Shown piece after piece: positions 49,126-60,182 of a stretch of 64,000 nt of DNA. A program made the translations under genes and the position numbers. Origin of the DNA: Bdellovibrionota bacterium (GTDB lineage: Bacteria; Bdellovibrionota_C; UBA2361; JAAYZI01); the NCBI GenBank assembly GCA_050950765.1, contig JBMNIF010000002.1, positions 672,001-736,000 on the forward strand. Reading direction: 5' to 3'. Positions within the stretch are counted from its first letter, which is position 1. Each line of letters starts with the position of its first letter. A model generated the notes under the pieces. That model ran no database searches, was not told where the DNA came from, and worked only from the letters and a program-made list of their open reading frames with translations.

Positions 49126-50553
49126 ATGGAATATGAAACAGTTATAGGTTTAGAGGTTCATATACAACTTTTAACGCAAAGTAAGGCTTTTAGTGCAGCT
49201 GCAGCGAGTTTTTGTATAAAACCGAATACGGAGGTTGATGAAGCTTCGTTAGGGTTAGCGGGGGCGCTCCCTGTTATAAACTCTAAGGTGTTACGTTATG
49301 CTATTATGTTGGGACTTGCTACGAAGTGTAGTATTAGAGAGGTGAGTCGTTTTGCTAGGAAACACTACTTTTATCCGGACCTCCCGAAGGGTTATCAGAT
49401 CTCGCAATTTGAGGAGCCTATCTGTGAAAATGGAGATCTTGTAATTAGATATAATGGAGAGGAGCGGGCGATCGGCATTCGTCGTATTCATATAGAGGAG
49501 GATGCTGGTAAGAATATTCATGATAAGGAGGGGGGAGTTTCACTCCTTGATTTTAATCGTGTTGGAGTACCACTCTTGGAGGTTGTTTCAGAACCTGACC
49601 TCTCAACCCCTGCAGAAGCTGCTGAATATTTAAGAACGCTTAGGCAGCTAGTGCGTTATCTTGCTATCAGTGACGGCAATATGGAGGAGGGGAGTTTACG
49701 GTGTGATGCCAATATCTCTCTTCGTCCTAAAGGTGAAAAAAAATTCGGAGTAAGAACCGAGATAAAAAACGTTAATTCATTCCGTTTTGTTGAAAAGGCT
49801 TTGGAGTATGAAGTTTTAAGGCAGAGAGGTATCCTTGAAAAGGGTGGTGTTGTAAAGCAGGAGACACGTTGGTTTGATAGTGTCACCTCTAAAACTTATC
49901 CGTTACGGAGTAAGGAGGAGGCTGCTGATTATCGTTATATGATAGACCCTGATCTACCACCATTAAAGGTTTCAGAAGAGTTTATTTCTCAAGTCCTTGC
50001 TGAATTACCACAACTGCCGCAGGAGTATCTGGAGTTATTAACTAAAGAGCACGGCTTAAGTGAGTATGATGCCGCTTTACTTACGAGTGAGAAGGGGATC
50101 GTTCGTTATTATCAAGATGTTGTGGCAAGTTGTCATAATCCGAAAGTAGCTTGTAACTGGATTACGGGAGAGCTTTTTGCGTTACTTAAGAAAAACGGTT
50201 TGGAGATAGAGGGTTCTCCTATCTCTGCAGCGCACTTAGGAGAGTTAATCTTATTAGTGGAGAGGGGGGAGATTAGTGGAAAAACGGCTAAGTTTGTTTT
50301 TGAAGAGATGGCGCAAAGTGGAGAATCTCCAGAAAGTATCGTTACAAAAAAAGGTTTGCGGCAGATCACTAACACACTTGAACTGCAAGAGATCGTGCAG
50401 GGAGTTTTAGAGGAGAATCCTCGTCAATGGGCAGAGTATAGAGCAGGTAGTGAGAAGCTTCTTACGTTTTTTATTGGACTTGTTTTGCGTGCCTGTAAAG
50501 GGCGTGCCAATCCAGAGGTGGTGAAAAAAATGTTGCAAGATTTGGCTAAATAA
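49126..50553 (+). CDS. gatB: Asp/Glu-tRNA amidotransferase subunit B
   Basis: IGLEVH, YFYPDLPKGYQISQ, HIEEDAGK, LEVVSEPD, EIKNVNS, YqeY-like tail. Confidence 0.98.
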   Translation: MEYETVIGLEVHIQLLTQSKAFSAAAASFCIKPNTEVDEASLGLAGALPVINSKVLRYAIMLGLATKCSIREVSRFARKHYFYPDLPKGYQISQFEEPICENGDLVIRYNGEERAIGIRRIHIEEDAGKNIHDKEGGVSLLDFNRVGVPLLEVVSEPDLSTPAEAAEYLRTLRQLVRYLAISDGNMEEGSLRCDANISLRPKGEKKFGVRTEIKNVNSFRFVEKALEYEVLRQRGILEKGGVVKQETRWFDSVTSKTYPLRSKEEAADYRYMIDPDLPPLKVSEEFISQVLAELPQLPQEYLELLTKEHGLSEYDAALLTSEKGIVRYYQDVVASCHNPKVACNWITGELFALLKKNGLEIEGSPISAAHLGELILLVERGEISGKTAKFVFEEMAQSGESPESIVTKKGLRQITNTLELQEIVQGVLEENPRQWAEYRAGSEKLLTFFIGLVLRACKGRANPEVVKKMLQDLAK

Positions 50554-50790
50554 ACACGTATCTTCTATTATTTCACGTTGAGAAAAACGCTTCCAGACTT
50601 GTTTTTAGTAGATTAAATAGGTAGATACGTCTTAGGAAAAGAGAGTTTTTACTCAAACTTACGAGCTTTTTGGAGTTTTTAGCTAAAAGCTTTTAAAAAC
50701 TGCCTTAACTTGGAAGTAGGAAAAAGGAGTTTTACTCCTCTTATTATTCTTTAAGAAAGCCTGTCTCTATGGGGGAGGTGGGTAGATAGC

Positions 50791-51108
50791 TTGGAAGAGC
50801 CTTACACGATGCCGCTTGATGTTGTGGAAATAACCGCTGTTGATGATGAAACTTCTGTTATATGTTTAGAGTTACCACCGTCTAAGGTGGTTATCTTACA
50901 AGGGGCTTTTGAGCTATTGGAGGGGATCGGCATATTAAGGACTCTCGATACTGAGAGAGCTTTAATCTGTGTGATTACCACACCGAGTCTTGTGCGGGAG
51001 TGCGTGGATGTGCTTAATGCGTTACAAGAGGCGGTGTTATGGCGCGTTGCAGAGGTGCCGCCAGATGTAACATTTCTAGGTGATTTTGAGAAGGATTGTT
51101 ATGATTAA
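50791..51108 (+). CDS. DUF4911-like small protein
   Basis: LQGAFELLEGIGILRTLD pattern. Start uncertain. Confidence 0.65.
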   Translation: MEEPYTMPLDVVEITAVDDETSVICLELPPSKVVILQGAFELLEGIGILRTLDTERALICVITTPSLVRECVDVLNALQEAVLWRVAEVPPDVTFLGDFEKDCYD

Positions 51109-53005
51109 GCTTATTCGTAAGCATATGAAGTCTGTTGCTTTTACTACTATTTCATTAGTGATCGCTTTTTCTATGACGGGGTTCGGTGTTGGTCTTTATA
51201 GGGGTGCCAACCGTGATTATGTTGCTCGTATTGATGGTCATGACATCTCCAGAGAAGACCTGCGGAAGTTGAGAAATGATCTGGAAGAGCGGTATCGCGC
51301 AGCTTGGGGTAACTATTACGATCAGTTAGCTGAATTAACCAAGTTAGATCTTGAAAAAGAGGCACGAGAAAATATTGTGCCGATCTATCTTGTAAATCGA
51401 GCTGCTACTGATATGGGGCTAGCCATCGGAAGGTACGGTCTAAACAAAAAAATCAATGAGATGTTCGGTGGAAAACTTAATAGTGAACTTTATAGGAGCT
51501 TCTTACAGCAAAGACGACAGACCGCACCGATGTTTGAGGCAGAGGTGCGACAGAAGGCAGTTTCAGAGCAGTTGCGTGATATCATTGCAGAGCTCAGTTT
51601 TGCTTCAAAGGCGGAAGCGTTGGCGTTACTTGCGCAGGAAGAAACAACTTTTCAAGTTAAATATCTTGAATTTGATCCAGAAGCTTTTGTCTCAAAGGTG
51701 ACTGAACCTTCAGAGGAAGAGCTTAAGGAGTATTATGATAATAATGCCGCCGAATATGAGAAAGAGGAGCAAAGCGCTTATAAATTTATACCTTTTGAAC
51801 CTAACAAGATGCTCGATCTTGTTGAAATTGCACCTGAAGATGTTGAGATGTATTACACTGATAATGAAGGTGAATTTACCATTCAAGATAGCGCTAAGAT
51901 TCACCTGATAAAGTTGGAATCTTCTAAGGATGATGATCCTGAAAAAGCTGCTGCCAATAAAGATGAAACAAGGCTGAAAGCAGAAAAAATTTATGGTGCT
52001 GCAACAGGTGGAGAAGATTTTGCGAAGTTAGTTAAGTTATACTCCACTGATGAAGCGACTAAAGAAAAAGGCGGAGAGGTTGGTTTAGTTACGCAAGGCG
52101 ATCAAAGTTTGCCGAAGCAGTTAATGAAAGTAATATTTAATTTTGCTGCTGATGGTATCGCAGATGTGGTTGAAGTTGGAGATGCTTTTTATATTGTAAA
52201 AATTTCAGAGTTTAAAAAAGGTGGTTTAACGCCTTTAGAAGAGGTTCAAGAGCAGATCGTTACATTCTTAAAGAAAAGGGAAGCTCCAGCTTGGATTAAT
52301 GAACACGCTTATGCTCTCTTTGATGCTTGGAGAGCGAGTAAAAAAACATTAGAAGAGTTTGCTACTGAAAAATCTTTAGTTGTAAAAGATAGTGGTGGAT
52401 TGTTAATTAAAGATAAAGATCCTGAAGGAGCATTTTCGGGGCTAACAGCAGCAGTGCTAAAACTAAAAGATCAAGAGAAAGTTGCTGTGGTTGAAGTTGG
52501 TAACAACCTTGCTTTAGTTGAGGTCTCTGAGTTTAAAGATGCCTACATTCAAGATTATGCTGAGGTGGCGGAGGTTGTTAAAGGTGGTGTTATAAAACAG
52601 AAGAGCATTAAACTTGCAGAGGAAGCGGCAAAGGGGGTTATCTCCTCTTTTGCTGAAGAAAAGGTTACTGATTTAGCACAAGCAGCTACTCCGTATGGGG
52701 TAAAGGTTAAAGAGGAAAAAGATTTAAAGCGGGGATCTTTAAAAGCTCCGTTTACAGATACTGCTATGCAGGAAGCTCTTTTAAACACCTATCAAGCGCT
52801 TAAAGCACCGCAGACCTTTTATGTAGCTTCTGGGAAGTATTATATTTTTCAAGTAAGCGCAATTCAGAAGCCTGATCTATCTACTGTAACTCCTGAAAAA
52901 CTTGCAGAGTATCGTGAGAAAGCTACCGAGAGAAACGGTGAAGAGGTGATGAATGTTATGGTAAAAAAATTGAAACTCTCTTCTGAAATAGATGAGAGGA
53001 TGTAG
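51101..53005 (+). CDS. PpiD/SurA-type periplasmic chaperone with parvulin domain
   Basis: MIKLIRK plus TM, VARIDG, DFAKLVKLYSTD..KGGEVG. Confidence 0.88.
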   Translation: MIKLIRKHMKSVAFTTISLVIAFSMTGFGVGLYRGANRDYVARIDGHDISREDLRKLRNDLEERYRAAWGNYYDQLAELTKLDLEKEARENIVPIYLVNRAATDMGLAIGRYGLNKKINEMFGGKLNSELYRSFLQQRRQTAPMFEAEVRQKAVSEQLRDIIAELSFASKAEALALLAQEETTFQVKYLEFDPEAFVSKVTEPSEEELKEYYDNNAAEYEKEEQSAYKFIPFEPNKMLDLVEIAPEDVEMYYTDNEGEFTIQDSAKIHLIKLESSKDDDPEKAAANKDETRLKAEKIYGAATGGEDFAKLVKLYSTDEATKEKGGEVGLVTQGDQSLPKQLMKVIFNFAADGIADVVEVGDAFYIVKISEFKKGGLTPLEEVQEQIVTFLKKREAPAWINEHAYALFDAWRASKKTLEEFATEKSLVVKDSGGLLIKDKDPEGAFSGLTAAVLKLKDQEKVAVVEVGNNLALVEVSEFKDAYIQDYAEVAEVVKGGVIKQKSIKLAEEAAKGVISSFAEEKVTDLAQAATPYGVKVKEEKDLKRGSLKAPFTDTAMQEALLNTYQALKAPQTFYVASGKYYIFQVSAIQKPDLSTVTPEKLAEYREKATERNGEEVMNVMVKKLKLSSEIDERM

Positions 53006-53031
53006 TCTATTTACCCTTTTAAAATAAGGAA

Positions 53032-54693
53032 ATGATGAGAAGCGATCGTATTACAAAGGGAGTTGAAGCAGCTCCGCACAGAAGTCTTTTAAGAGCTGTT
53101 GGATTAAAAGATGAAGATTTTGGGAAGCCACTAATAGGGGTTTGTAATTCCTTTAATCAAGTGATTCCAGGTCATGTGCACCTTAATAAAGTTGGAGAGT
53201 ATATACGTTCGTGCATCATTAAAGCAGGTGGTGTGCCGTTTGAGTTTAACACAATCGGGATCTGTGATGGTGTGGCGATGGGGCATATCGGTATGAAATA
53301 TTCCCTGCCCAGTCGAGAGATTATAGCTGATAGTGTTGAGGCCGTAGTGGAAGCACACTGTTTTGATGGTTTAATCTGTATTCCCAACTGTGACAAGATC
53401 GTGCCAGGTATGTTGATGGGAGCTTTGAGGGTTAATATCCCGACCATCTTTGTCAGTGGTGGTCCGATGGAAGCTGGTAAAAAACGTGATGGGAGCGCCG
53501 CAGATCTGATCACGATGTTTGAAGGGGTGGCAGCTTGTACGAGAGGTCAGATCTCGGAAGCTGAATTAGAAGAGTTGGAAAAATGTGCCTGTCCAGGAGC
53601 GGGATCGTGTTCAGGTCTTTTTACTGCTAACTCCATGAACAGTTTGTGTGAAGCGATCGGGATTGCACTTCCAGGAAACGGCACTGTGCTTGCTACGACA
53701 TCTCAGAGAAGGAAACTGTATAGACAAGCGGCGCAGATTATCGTGAAGATGGCACAAGAGGGCGCTCCGTTACCGAAAGATCTTGTAACGCAAGATTCTT
53801 TGGATAACGCTTTTGTGCTTGATATGGCGATGGGAGGAAGTAGTAATACGGTTTTGCATGCTCTTGCTATCGCTAGAGAAGCAGGGGTTGAGTATGATAT
53901 CGACAGGATTGATGCTATCTCAAAAAAGACCCCAAATATCGCAAAAATCTCCCCTTCTTCTAAGTTTCATATGCAAGATGTAGAGGCAGCAGGTGGTATC
54001 AGTGCTATCTTAAAAGAGGTCGGAAAACTTCTACATAAAGATTGTATTACCGTTACTGGCAAGACGCTTTGGGAGAATGTAAGGCGTGCTAAAAATAAAA
54101 ATCAGGAAGTGATTCGTCCTTTAAGTAATCCGTATTCTCCTGACGGTGGATTAACTATCTTACGTGGTAACTTGGCTGAAGAGGGGGCTTGCGTAAAGAA
54201 AGCCGGAGTTTCCGAAGTTATGTTAAAGTTTGAAGGGAAGGCGATTATCTTCAATTCTCAAGAAGAGGCGTGCGAAGGGATCTTAAAAGGACGTGTACAG
54301 GCAGGTCACGTTGTGGTCATCCGTTATGAAGGTCCAAAAGGTGGGCCAGGTATGCAAGAGATGTTGGCTCCAACCTCTTATATTATGGGGCAGGGGCTGG
54401 GAGATAGTGTGGCGTTAATTACAGATGGACGTTTTTCAGGTGGCACGCACGGTGCCTGTATCGGACACGTTTCACCAGAAGCTGCAGAAGGCGGTTTGAT
54501 TGGATTGTTGCAAGACGGTGATGTGATTAGGATCGATATTCCTAACAGACGGCTTGAAGCGGTATTAAGCCCTGAAGAGATTGCGGCACGTAGATCTGCT
54601 GCAAAACCGTTTACCCCTAAAATTCTTTCCGGATATCTAAAGAGGTATTCTGAAAGTGTACAGAACGCTTCAGCTGGTGCTGTTCTTAAATGA
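53032..54693 (+). CDS. ilvD: Dihydroxy-acid dehydratase
   Basis: [36 protein letters not shown]. Confidence 0.98.
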   Translation: MMRSDRITKGVEAAPHRSLLRAVGLKDEDFGKPLIGVCNSFNQVIPGHVHLNKVGEYIRSCIIKAGGVPFEFNTIGICDGVAMGHIGMKYSLPSREIIADSVEAVVEAHCFDGLICIPNCDKIVPGMLMGALRVNIPTIFVSGGPMEAGKKRDGSAADLITMFEGVAACTRGQISEAELEELEKCACPGAGSCSGLFTANSMNSLCEAIGIALPGNGTVLATTSQRRKLYRQAAQIIVKMAQEGAPLPKDLVTQDSLDNAFVLDMAMGGSSNTVLHALAIAREAGVEYDIDRIDAISKKTPNIAKISPSSKFHMQDVEAAGGISAILKEVGKLLHKDCITVTGKTLWENVRRAKNKNQEVIRPLSNPYSPDGGLTILRGNLAEEGACVKKAGVSEVMLKFEGKAIIFNSQEEACEGILKGRVQAGHVVVIRYEGPKGGPGMQEMLAPTSYIMGQGLGDSVALITDGRFSGGTHGACIGHVSPEAAEGGLIGLLQDGDVIRIDIPNRRLEAVLSPEEIAARRSAAKPFTPKILSGYLKRYSESVQNASAGAVLK

Positions 54694-55238
54694 TGTATCT
54701 CGTAACAATCTTTGGAATTGCATTTGCACTAGCTTGTGATGCTTTTTCTGTCGGATTAGCTATCGGTACAAAATCACCGACGGCGCGGGGTATTTTTAGG
54801 TTGTGGTTTCACTTCGGATTATTTCAATTTTTAATGCCGTTATTAGGTTGGTATCTCGGGAGTGCGCTAGCTGATACTATCGGAGCGGCGGGGCAGTGGG
54901 TAGCAAGCGTGCTACTCTTTTTTATCGCTTTTAAAATGTGGTGTGAAAGTAGAGAGTGTTGTGATGCTACGGAAGAGAGAGATCAGACACGGGGTTTATC
55001 TTTACTTATTCTCTCTTTTGCTACCAGTATTGATGCTTTAGGTGTCGGTGTCGGGATGGGTATTGCTGGAGAAAGTATCTTGTATCCGGCTTTTATTATC
55101 GGTGTAGTTGCTGCTGTAATGACTTACGCTGGGGTGCGTTTAGGGTATAAATTATCAACTGTTTTCGGAAAGCGGGTGGAGGTGTTGGGTGCTACGGTGT
55201 TGTTTATAATTGCACTTAAGCTACTACCTATTTGGTAA
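54690..55238 (+). CDS. mntP: Manganese efflux pump MntP
   Basis: [28 protein letters not shown]. Confidence 0.93.
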   Translation: MMYLVTIFGIAFALACDAFSVGLAIGTKSPTARGIFRLWFHFGLFQFLMPLLGWYLGSALADTIGAAGQWVASVLLFFIAFKMWCESRECCDATEERDQTRGLSLLILSFATSIDALGVGVGMGIAGESILYPAFIIGVVAAVMTYAGVRLGYKLSTVFGKRVEVLGATVLFIIALKLLPIW

Positions 55239-55301
55239 GAAATAAGGGCTTTTCCCCTGAAATAGAAAATACACAAAATTTGTTACACCCTCTAATTAAA
55301 G

Positions 55302-58300
55302 TCAATCTCTTATCAACCTTCGTAGTAGAGCTTCAATCTGTATATAGAGCATATCAAAAGGAGGAGGTGCTTGTTCTTCTCCTACTATTGAGAGGGTTAA
55401 GTTTTTACCGAACTTGTAAGTTTTCGGTGCATTTTTTTCTAAGAGTAACAGTTTTTGAATATCAACTTTAGCATTTGGACTAAACGAGAGGTATAGTTTG
55501 CCTCTACTCCATTCCGCTTTTGTTACGCCGAACACCCTTAATAAACTACGTAGTCGCATCATCTCAACGAGATTGCGTACTTCAGGTGTCAGGGGACCGA
55601 AGCGATCTTCCAACTCTAAAGTTAATTCCTGTGCCTCTTCCGATGATCTGATAGATGCTAAACGTTGATACAACACTAACCTTTCAGAGATGTCTGGCAC
55701 GTAATATTCAGGGATAAAGGCGTTTACAGGTAGTTTAACTTCAGGATCAATTAAACTCTCCAACTCCAACTCTTCTCCTTTGATATGACTGATAGCTTCG
55801 TGCAAGATCTTTGTATAAAGCTCATACCCGACCGAGACAACGTTTCCAGATTGCTCTTTCCCTAGTAAATTACCAGCACCACGAATTTCAAGATCTCGAA
55901 CTGCTAGATTGAAGCCGAGACCTAAGTCATCCAGAGATTGTAAAACTTTTAATCGTTGCTGTGCTTCTGCACCGAGACGCTTTGTATTAGGGATTAGAAA
56001 ATATGCGTAAGCCTGTTTTGTGCTACGTCCGACTCTGCCCCGTAATTGATAGAGTTGTGCTAAGCCGAACATATCGGCTCTATCTATGATTATGGTATTA
56101 GCATTAGGGATATCTAAGCCAGATTCAATAATGGTGGTACTGACTAAAACATCTATCTCATGATTGACAAAGCGTCGCATAATATTTTCAATCTGAATTT
56201 CCGACATCTGACCATGTGCGCATTCAACCCGCATTTCAGGCACGAGCTCACTTAAAGCGGCGCTAACTCCTAAGATACTCTGTACCCGATTGTGTACAAA
56301 GAAAGCCTGTCCTCCACGTTGATGTTCTCTAATAAGGGCATCTCTAATAAGGATTTCGTTCCGTGTGGCGATATAAGTTTTTATCACTCTACGATCTACG
56401 GGAGGTGTGGTGATAACAGTGATATCCCTGATATTTAAAAGAGACATCTGTAAAGTTCGTGGAATCGGTGTGGCTGTTAAGGTTAAAACATCGACCTGTT
56501 TTTTTAACTGCTTCAGTCGCTCTTTCTGTTGCACTCCGAAGCGGTGCTCTTCATCAATAATAAGTAGACCCAGATCTTTAAAGGCAATATCTCTCTGTAA
56601 GAGCTTATGTGTGCCGATAACGATATCGATCTTGTGGTTAGCTAAGCCTTCGATAGTTTTTTTATTATCTGCTGTTGAGTAGAAGCGGCTAAGTGCTGCA
56701 ACCGTAACGGGATAGTCTGCAAAGCGACGTATAAAACTCTGCTTATGTTGCTCGACCAGTACCGTTGTTGGAACGAGGATACAAACTTGAAGTCCTGCTT
56801 GAATACATTTAAAAGCAGCGCGTAGGGCGACCTCTGTTTTACCAAAACCGACATCTCCGCAAATTAACCTATCCATCGGCTTTTCTGAAGCCATATCATT
56901 TAAAACGGCTTTGATAGCTTGTAATTGGTCAGGTGTTTCATCGAACTCAAAATAGTCGGCAAAGACCTCGTCGTCTGGACCGTGCGGTTCAAAACAGAAT
57001 CCTTTAGAGATGCTGCGTGCAGCATAAAGACGGATTAAATCTCCTGCTAAAGCGAGAACGGCTTCTCTGACTTTTAATTTTGTTTTCGCCCAACGTTGAG
57101 AGCTTAGTTTATCAAGCTTGGGAGATTGCCCTTCAATTCCAACATATTTTTGAACTCTTGAGATGTTTTGAATCGGTATGTAGAGCTTACTATCGGCATA
57201 TTCAAGGTGTAAAAAATCACCTTGAATATTTTCAACTGTTAAATGTACTAAACCGTGATAGAGACCGACTCCATAATCTTCATGTACTACAAAGTCATTA
57301 TCTTTCAGTTGTGCTAGAGAGTTTAGTAGCCGCTTTATAGTACGTTCACTGGCTATCTTCCTTGTGCGTTGAGAGCGTCGTGAAAAGATCTCATTTTCAG
57401 AGATAAAGACAAGTTTTTTATCAGGCAGCTGGAAACCATTTGATAAGTTGCCTATTAGTACTGCTAGCGGATAACGATCTTTTAAACGAAACCAGTTTTT
57501 GAGAGAGCCGTTAAAAAATTTTAGTTCGCTGCCAAGATCCAGTAATAGTTTTTGTAGCCGTTCTACACGAGTTTCAGAACCGACCACGAATATGATCTTA
57601 TTACCGTGTTTTCTCCATGTTTTTAGTGCAGTTGAGAGAGGTTTCCAAGCCTCTTCTTGTCCTACTTTTGCTTGTAGCTGTGTAGATAATTGTGTGTTGG
57701 GAATGGAGCGGATATTGATATAATCTCTCTCTTCTGTAAGAGAGGTTGCAATATGAAGAGAGTCTATTTCTAGCTGCTTTTTAGTCGAGAGTATAGCGAA
57801 GAGCTCTTCTTCTAACAGGTATTGCTCACTCTGTTTTGGGATTAGGTAGTGATCTTCTGCTAAACGGGTGTGCCGTTCCGATATTAAAGTAGAAGCTGCT
57901 TCAAGCTCTGAGAGAAGTACCTGCTTGTCTATGTTAACGAAGAGAGTATCTTTAGCGGCATAATCGAAGATGGTTGCTAACGAGCCAAGCGCAGATATGT
58001 TTGCCAGTTCGATACTGGGGAATCTGCTACCATCACGTAAAGCGCTAAGCACTTTGGCAGTTTCTCGAAGAGGAGTTTCTAGCTCTCTACTCCGTTGTTT
58101 TATGTTTGTGATAGCAGATGAAAGTTTTTCTCCAAAGTAATCATTAGAATGAAAAGGGATAATTTCGCGTAACGGTAAAACTTGTAAGGTTTTTATCTGT
58201 GTTATTGAACGCTGCGTTGCTACGGAAAATAACTTAATCTTTTCAATAGTGTCTCCAAAAAACTCCAAGCGAACTGCCGTATCACTTCCGAAAGGAAAAA

Positions 58301-58766
58301 GATCAATTACTCCGCCACGCACGGCGCAATCTCCGATCTTTTCCACTAAAGAGACGCGTTGATATCCGGCGTTATCAATTTTAGTGAGTAATTCTTGACG
58401 TGCAATGGTATCGCCGAGAGAGAGTTGAAAGCTCAACTGCTTTAAAAACTCTTTCGGTAAGACACGTTGTAGAGCTCCTTCAGGTGGCACCACGCAGATA
58501 TAACTTTTTTCAGTCATTAAGGTGTGTAGTGTATGTAAGCGTTGTGCAGTGACCTCGATCTGCGGAGAAACGTTTTCAAAAGGGAGGGTGTCCCACGGCG
58601 GTAGTTGTACGATCGGAGAGTCTGGGATAAAAAAATGGAGATCCTGAAAAAGCTCTTCTGCTGCTTTCCGTTTAGCAGAGAATATTATAATTTTTCGGTG
58701 TTTTTCATGAAGTTGCGAGATTAGCCAAGCTCCTGCTGCACCGTATACTCCGATATATCGTTTCAT
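55302..58766 (-). CDS. mfd: Transcription-repair coupling factor
   Basis: VRGGVID, GDVGFGKT, DEEH, TATPIPRT, QLRGRVGR, TRCF domain. Confidence 0.98.
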   Translation of the reverse strand: MKRYIGVYGAAGAWLISQLHEKHRKIIIFSAKRKAAEELFQDLHFFIPDSPIVQLPPWDTLPFENVSPQIEVTAQRLHTLHTLMTEKSYICVVPPEGALQRVLPKEFLKQLSFQLSLGDTIARQELLTKIDNAGYQRVSLVEKIGDCAVRGGVIDLFPFGSDTAVRLEFFGDTIEKIKLFSVATQRSITQIKTLQVLPLREIIPFHSNDYFGEKLSSAITNIKQRSRELETPLRETAKVLSALRDGSRFPSIELANISALGSLATIFDYAAKDTLFVNIDKQVLLSELEAASTLISERHTRLAEDHYLIPKQSEQYLLEEELFAILSTKKQLEIDSLHIATSLTEERDYINIRSIPNTQLSTQLQAKVGQEEAWKPLSTALKTWRKHGNKIIFVVGSETRVERLQKLLLDLGSELKFFNGSLKNWFRLKDRYPLAVLIGNLSNGFQLPDKKLVFISENEIFSRRSQRTRKIASERTIKRLLNSLAQLKDNDFVVHEDYGVGLYHGLVHLTVENIQGDFLHLEYADSKLYIPIQNISRVQKYVGIEGQSPKLDKLSSQRWAKTKLKVREAVLALAGDLIRLYAARSISKGFCFEPHGPDDEVFADYFEFDETPDQLQAIKAVLNDMASEKPMDRLICGDVGFGKTEVALRAAFKCIQAGLQVCILVPTTVLVEQHKQSFIRRFADYPVTVAALSRFYSTADNKKTIEGLANHKIDIVIGTHKLLQRDIAFKDLGLLIIDEEHRFGVQQKERLKQLKKQVDVLTLTATPIPRTLQMSLLNIRDITVITTPPVDRRVIKTYIATRNEILIRDALIREHQRGGQAFFVHNRVQSILGVSAALSELVPEMRVECAHGQMSEIQIENIMRRFVNHEIDVLVSTTIIESGLDIPNANTIIIDRADMFGLAQLYQLRGRVGRSTKQAYAYFLIPNTKRLGAEAQQRLKVLQSLDDLGLGFNLAVRDLEIRGAGNLLGKEQSGNVVSVGYELYTKILHEAISHIKGEELELESLIDPEVKLPVNAFIPEYYVPDISERLVLYQRLASIRSSEEAQELTLELEDRFGPLTPEVRNLVEMMRLRSLLRVFGVTKAEWSRGKLYLSFSPNAKVDIQKLLLLEKNAPKTYKFGKNLTLSIVGEEQAPPPFDMLYIQIEALLRRLIRD

Positions 58767-59044
58767 TATAGTTGTAGTCTTTAAGATTAAATCTTTAGTT
58801 AGTTATTTTAAGTAAAATAGAGCGATTTTTAAAGCGCCTCCTTTTTAATACCTTAGGGCGGGTAATGAAACAGTAAAATATAATTCAATAAATTAAAAAA
58901 GTTAGTCGAATTTAAAAGCACTCTTTATATATTTTAAGCTTTTGTCGATAGAAGTTAGAGGGAGCTTTTCTTACTTAATGATGAAAGGGGTCTGAACGTT
59001 ATAAGGCTTTTAAGGGGTAGTACTATTTTAAAGGGAAGTGGGGC

Positions 59045-60106
59045 ATGGATATTACGCAACTTTTAAAATTTGCTTATCAACAAGATGCATCAGATCTGCA
59101 CATCAGTGCGGGAGAGTCTCCTATGGTGCGTCTTAACGGTGATATGAAAAAATTGAAAGTTCCCGAGCTTACTCCAGAAGTGACACACGCCATGATTTAC
59201 GACATTCTTGGTGATTCGCAAAGAAAAACTTTTGAAGAGTTTAATGATGTTGATTTCGCCATGCAGATCGGAGATATCGCACGTTTTCGTGTTAATGTTT
59301 TTAGGCAACAACGTGGTGTAGCAGCGGTATTTAGAAGGATTCCGACTAAAATTTTAACATTGCAGGAACTTGGTATGCCGGAGATCCTTTCTGAAATTAC
59401 GAGACGCGAGAAAGGCTTAATCTTAGTAACAGGTCCAACAGGGAGTGGTAAATCTACAACTTTGGCAGCTATGCTCGATCAGGTGAATAATGAGAGAGAA
59501 GGGCATATTTTAACGGTAGAAGACCCGATTGAGTTCGTTCATCATTCAAAGAAGTGTCTTGTAAATCAACGTGAAGTTGGTGCTCATGCCAACGGTTTTG
59601 CGCGAGCTTTGCGCGCAGCATTGCGTGAAGACCCTGATTATATCCTCGTTGGAGAGTTAAGAGACTTGGAAACGATTCAGTTGGCGTTAACTGCAGCTGA
59701 AACAGGACACTTGGTTTTTGGTACGTTACACACTTCGAGTGCTCCGAAAACAGTTGATCGTGTTATTGATGTTTTTCCGCCGGAGCAACAAGCACAAGTT
59801 AGGGCGATGTTTGCAGAATCAATTCAAGGTGTAATTACACAAACTTTGTGTAAAAAAATTGGAGGCGGGCGTGTGGCGGCTTTAGAGATATTACTTGGTA
59901 CAACAGCTATTAGAAACTTGATCAGAGAGGCAAAGATTCATCAGATCCCTAGTATGATGCAAACCTCACAAGGGATCGGGATGCAGACTTTGGAGATGCA
60001 CCTTCTAGATCTGGTAAGTGAGGGAATTATCAGTAAGGAAACTGCTATTGAAAAGACAGGTAATGCGCAGATGTTTAAAGAGTTTGAAGATAACGGGATG
60101 TTGTAA
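59045..60106 (+). CDS. pilT: Type IV pilus retraction ATPase PilT
   Basis: ASDLH, GPTGSGKST, EDPIE, AIRNLIRE. Confidence 0.97.
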   Translation: MDITQLLKFAYQQDASDLHISAGESPMVRLNGDMKKLKVPELTPEVTHAMIYDILGDSQRKTFEEFNDVDFAMQIGDIARFRVNVFRQQRGVAAVFRRIPTKILTLQELGMPEILSEITRREKGLILVTGPTGSGKSTTLAAMLDQVNNEREGHILTVEDPIEFVHHSKKCLVNQREVGAHANGFARALRAALREDPDYILVGELRDLETIQLALTAAETGHLVFGTLHTSSAPKTVDRVIDVFPPEQQAQVRAMFAESIQGVITQTLCKKIGGGRVAALEILLGTTAIRNLIREAKIHQIPSMMQTSQGIGMQTLEMHLLDLVSEGIISKETAIEKTGNAQMFKEFEDNGML

Positions 60107-60182
60107 AAGTAAATTTGTTAAAAATATAAGATAGGAAAATTATTTTTAATTCAAGACGCCGTTTTTTGTAGGAGTTGATCTT

